In this document: piece after piece, positions 61,403 to 64,000 of the stretch | How positions within the stretch are numbered: the stretch's first letter is position 1 | Layout of the letters: each line of letters opens with the position of its first letter | The notes under the pieces: model-generated | Databases searched by the model: none | What the model was told of the DNA's origin: nothing | What the model saw: only the letters and a program-made list of their open reading frames with translations | Translations under genes and position numbers: made by a program | Source of the DNA: Pseudomonadota bacterium | Lineage (GTDB): Bacteria > Myxococcota > JACRCW01 > JAFGSX01 | Reading direction: 5' to 3' | Assembly (NCBI GenBank): GCA_043821645.1 | Contig: JBDRCO010000068.1 | Location: forward strand, 32,001 to 96,000 | Length of the DNA: 64,000 nt

Positions 61403-62149
61403 ATGACCGTCCAGGAGAGACCTCCGGCGGGAGGCTGGCTTCGACCAGGGGACAGGCCCTGCGAGTGGATGCGCGCGGGTCTGATGGTCTACAGGTTGTG
61501 CGACCGCGACGGCGACTGCGAATCCTGCCCGCTGGATGCGGCGCTGCGCGGTGGCCGTCTGCCCCGGGACCAGCAAGCCCGGGCAGAGGGCCCGGCTGCA
61601 AGTCCGTGGAGCTTTCCCGACGACAGGCTGTACCATCCGGGCCACCTGTGGGTGTGCGAGCAGCAGCCAGGCGTGCTGCGCTGCGGGGTCGATGCCTTCG
61701 TGGTGATGCTCTGTGCCAGCCCGTCGAGGCTGGTGCTGCCAGCCGCACAGTGTGCCCTGGACGAGGGCAAGGCTGCGGTCTGGATAGGTATGGACAGTGG
61801 ACTGATGGTGCGCCTGCGGGCACCGGTCTCGGGCACGGTGCTGCGCCGCAACCCGTCCCTGCAGCAGCAGCCAACCCTGGTCAGCCAGATGCCTTACGAC
61901 GCGGGCTGGCTGTTCGAGCTCCAGGGGGAACTCGCCGGCCAGGTGCCTGGCCTCCTCGACGCCGTGGCCATGCGCCGCCGTGCCGAGCAGCAGCGCGCTC
62001 AGTTGCTGGAACACCTGCACGAGGAGCTGGCCAGGCAGCACCCCGAACTCAAGCAGATCGCTGCCGACGGAGGAGAGCTGTCGACGGAGATCCTGCACAC
62101 CCTGGACGCCCACGTCCTGACCCGGCTGCTCGACGCGGCGCTGGGCTGA
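61403..62149 (+). CDS. GcvH-like protein 3 with N-terminal Cys cluster (no lipoyl Lys)
   Basis: CEWMRAG..YRLCDRDGDCESCPLD; YHPGHLWV; RCGVDAF; APVSGTV..NP.L..P.LV..PY..GWLF; AADGG. Confidence 0.85.
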   Translation: MTVQERPPAGGWLRPGDRPCEWMRAGLMVYRLCDRDGDCESCPLDAALRGGRLPRDQQARAEGPAASPWSFPDDRLYHPGHLWVCEQQPGVLRCGVDAFVVMLCASPSRLVLPAAQCALDEGKAAVWIGMDSGLMVRLRAPVSGTVLRRNPSLQQQPTLVSQMPYDAGWLFELQGELAGQVPGLLDAVAMRRRAEQQRAQLLEHLHEELARQHPELKQIAADGGELSTEILHTLDAHVLTRLLDAALG

Positions 62150-62230
62150 GCACAGCCACCCTCGCACCTCTCGCCAGGTCACATCGCGAAGGCTAGAGTA
62201 CCGCGGTCACAGACGGACCACGGAGCAGCG

Positions 62231-63922
62231 ATGACCTCGGCGGAGCACGCGCGAAGCAGGACAAGGTCCCCTCGACGGGTGCTGGACTCCATCGGCTTCC
62301 GCCTGGGGCTGTTCATCGTCGGCACCATCGTGCTGGGCTTCGGGGTCTTTGCCTACGTCTACCTGACCACCACCGCGGACTACGGCCGCAGCTCGGTCAC
62401 CGACGACGCGCGCAAGATCCTCGAGATCATCGAGCGCTCGACCCACTGGGCCATGTTGCACAACCAGAAGGAAGACGTTTCCGAGATCGTCCGCAACGTC
62501 GGCGAGCAGCCCGACGTGGTGGGGGTCCGTATCTTCGACAAGAACGGCCGCATCGTGTTCTCGGATCGGGAGTCCGAGATCGGCCACAAGGTCGAGTTGC
62601 ACGGCGAGGCCTGCGTCAGCTGCCACATCTCCACCACCGAGGTCATCACCCCGGACACCGACAAGCGCGTGCGCATCTTCACCGCCCGCAACGGGCAGCG
62701 TGTGCTGGGCATGACCAATGCCATCGACAACAAACCCGAGTGCTCCAACGCAGACTGCCACGCACATCCACCGGACAAGACCACCCTGGGCGTGCTGGAC
62801 GTGCGGGTGTCCCTGGCCCGGGCCGACGCCCGCAGGCACGAGGTCGAGCGCCAGGTCGTGGTGGCGGCGGTATCCCTGGCATTGCTGGCGGCGCTGGTGG
62901 TGGGCAGCTTCGTGCAGGTCATGGTGCGCCGGCCGGTGCGGCGGCTGATCGAGGGAACCGAGCTGGTGGCCAGGGGCGACCTCGACGTGCAACTGCACGA
63001 CGCCAACCGCAACGAGCTGGGTCAGCTGTCGCGAGCCTTCGACAGCATGACCCGGGACCTGCGCGAGGCGCGTGACCAGCTGGCCGAGGCGCGCGAGGCG
63101 ATCGAGAGCCGCCTCGACGAGAAGACCGACGAGCTGAGTCGAACCCAGCGCCAGGTCGTGCACATGGAAAAGATGGCCTCGCTGGGCAAGCTGTCGGCCA
63201 CGGTGGCTCACGAGCTGAACAACCCCCTGGCCGGCATCCTCAATTACGCCAAGCTGGTGAATCGCTACCTGGCCGAGCTGGATAGCTGGGCCGATCGGGA
63301 CGAGGTCGCGCGCTGCGTCAAGATGATTGGCGAGGAGGCCTCGCGCTGCGGCGACATCGTGCGCAACCTGCTGGTGTTCGCGCGGCGCACCGGATCCAGC
63401 ATGACCGAGGCCCATCTGCACGAGGTGTCGGAGCGCGCGCTGATGCTGGTCCGGCACCAGATGCAGATCGCCAGCGTGGCCCTGGAGGAGAAGCTCGGAG
63501 CCAGCGACGACGCCCTGGTGTGCGACGTGGGCCAGCTGCAGCAGGCGCTGGTGGCCTTGCTGATCAATGCCATCCAGGCCATGGCCCAGGGCGGATCCCT
63601 GAAGCTCGCCACCCGCGACGCCGGGGATAGCATCTGTATCGAGATTTGCGACAGTGGTCCCGGCATTCCCGACGACGTGTTGCCGCACATCTTCGAGCCC
63701 TTTTATTCGACCAAGCTGGACGGCCAGGGTGTGGGCCTGGGGCTGGCCGTGGTCTATGGCATCGTGCAGCGCCACGGCGGTGAGATTCGCGTCGACACCA
63801 CGCTGGGCACGGGCACCTGCTTCGAGATCACCTTGCCGCGACATCCCACCCGGGCCCAGATGGAAAGCTCCGCGCCCCCCGTGGTCGGCGCGCTGGAGCG
63901 AGAGACCGAGGTCAAGCCATGA
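62231..63922 (+). CDS. HAMP sensor histidine kinase with putative heme c periplasmic domain
   Basis: Two TMs flank a domain with CVSCH and CSNADCH; HAMP; EKMASLG..VAHELNNPL; N, G1, F and G2 boxes. Confidence 0.93.
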   Translation: MTSAEHARSRTRSPRRVLDSIGFRLGLFIVGTIVLGFGVFAYVYLTTTADYGRSSVTDDARKILEIIERSTHWAMLHNQKEDVSEIVRNVGEQPDVVGVRIFDKNGRIVFSDRESEIGHKVELHGEACVSCHISTTEVITPDTDKRVRIFTARNGQRVLGMTNAIDNKPECSNADCHAHPPDKTTLGVLDVRVSLARADARRHEVERQVVVAAVSLALLAALVVGSFVQVMVRRPVRRLIEGTELVARGDLDVQLHDANRNELGQLSRAFDSMTRDLREARDQLAEAREAIESRLDEKTDELSRTQRQVVHMEKMASLGKLSATVAHELNNPLAGILNYAKLVNRYLAELDSWADRDEVARCVKMIGEEASRCGDIVRNLLVFARRTGSSMTEAHLHEVSERALMLVRHQMQIASVALEEKLGASDDALVCDVGQLQQALVALLINAIQAMAQGGSLKLATRDAGDSICIEICDSGPGIPDDVLPHIFEPFYSTKLDGQGVGLGLAVVYGIVQRHGGEIRVDTTLGTGTCFEITLPRHPTRAQMESSAPPVVGALERETEVKP

Positions 63923-64000
63923 AACCCGAAGATCTGGGCCTGCTGATCGTCGACGACGAGTTCTCGGTGCGGGACTCGTTGCAGGCATGGTTCCGCAAGG
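63919..64000 (+). CDS. Response regulator receiver domain (partial; probably NtrC-type)
   Basis: ATGA overlap with the kinase; MKPEDLGLLIVDDEFSVRDSLQAWFRK runs off the right edge. Confidence 0.8.
   Translation, partial: MKPEDLGLLIVDDEFSVRDSLQAWFRK

Noticed and set aside
59568-62149. Functional glycine cleavage system, or LbpA/sHdr sulfur-oxidation lipoate proteins
   Set aside because: No lipoyl lysine, and no gcvP/T/L, lipoate-ligase or sHdr genes in the window.

Overview
High-GC chromosomal window, most likely from a Myxococcota / deltaproteobacterial genome. Evidence for that placement: a myxobacterial Cys-rich repeat giant protein with a MYXO-CTERM-like tail, Ser/Thr kinases, a TonB-domain/TonB-receptor fusion and mevalonate genes. 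About 52 CDSs are supportable. They include housekeeping blocks (rpsO-pnp; ftsY; zapA-6S RNA-rny-pfkA; coaE; rpiB-glyA-dCMP deaminase-nrdR-ribD; mvaA-mvk), transporters and secreted proteins. No tRNA, rRNA, CRISPR array or transposase was seen. The strongest candidates for something new are: (1) at 56.4-64 kb, a redox/signalling locus with a pentaheme cytochrome c, a Tat Fe-S protein, an NrfD-type membrane subunit, three GcvH-like proteins that all lack the lipoyl lysine and share a (L/A)ADGG motif, an unannotated 27-aa membrane peptide and a putative diheme sensor kinase, under two sigma54-type promoters sharing a 17-bp palindromic motif; (2) a ~130-nt sigma54-driven small RNA candidate at ~1505-1635 with two C-run loops, architecturally like myxobacterial Pxr; (3) a ~420-nt helix-rich spacer between 6S RNA and rny; (4) an NrdR lacking its ATP-cone; (5) a SprT-like protease with a clamp-binding-like N-terminus. 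All calls were made by eye from sequence and motif recognition; no searches were run.
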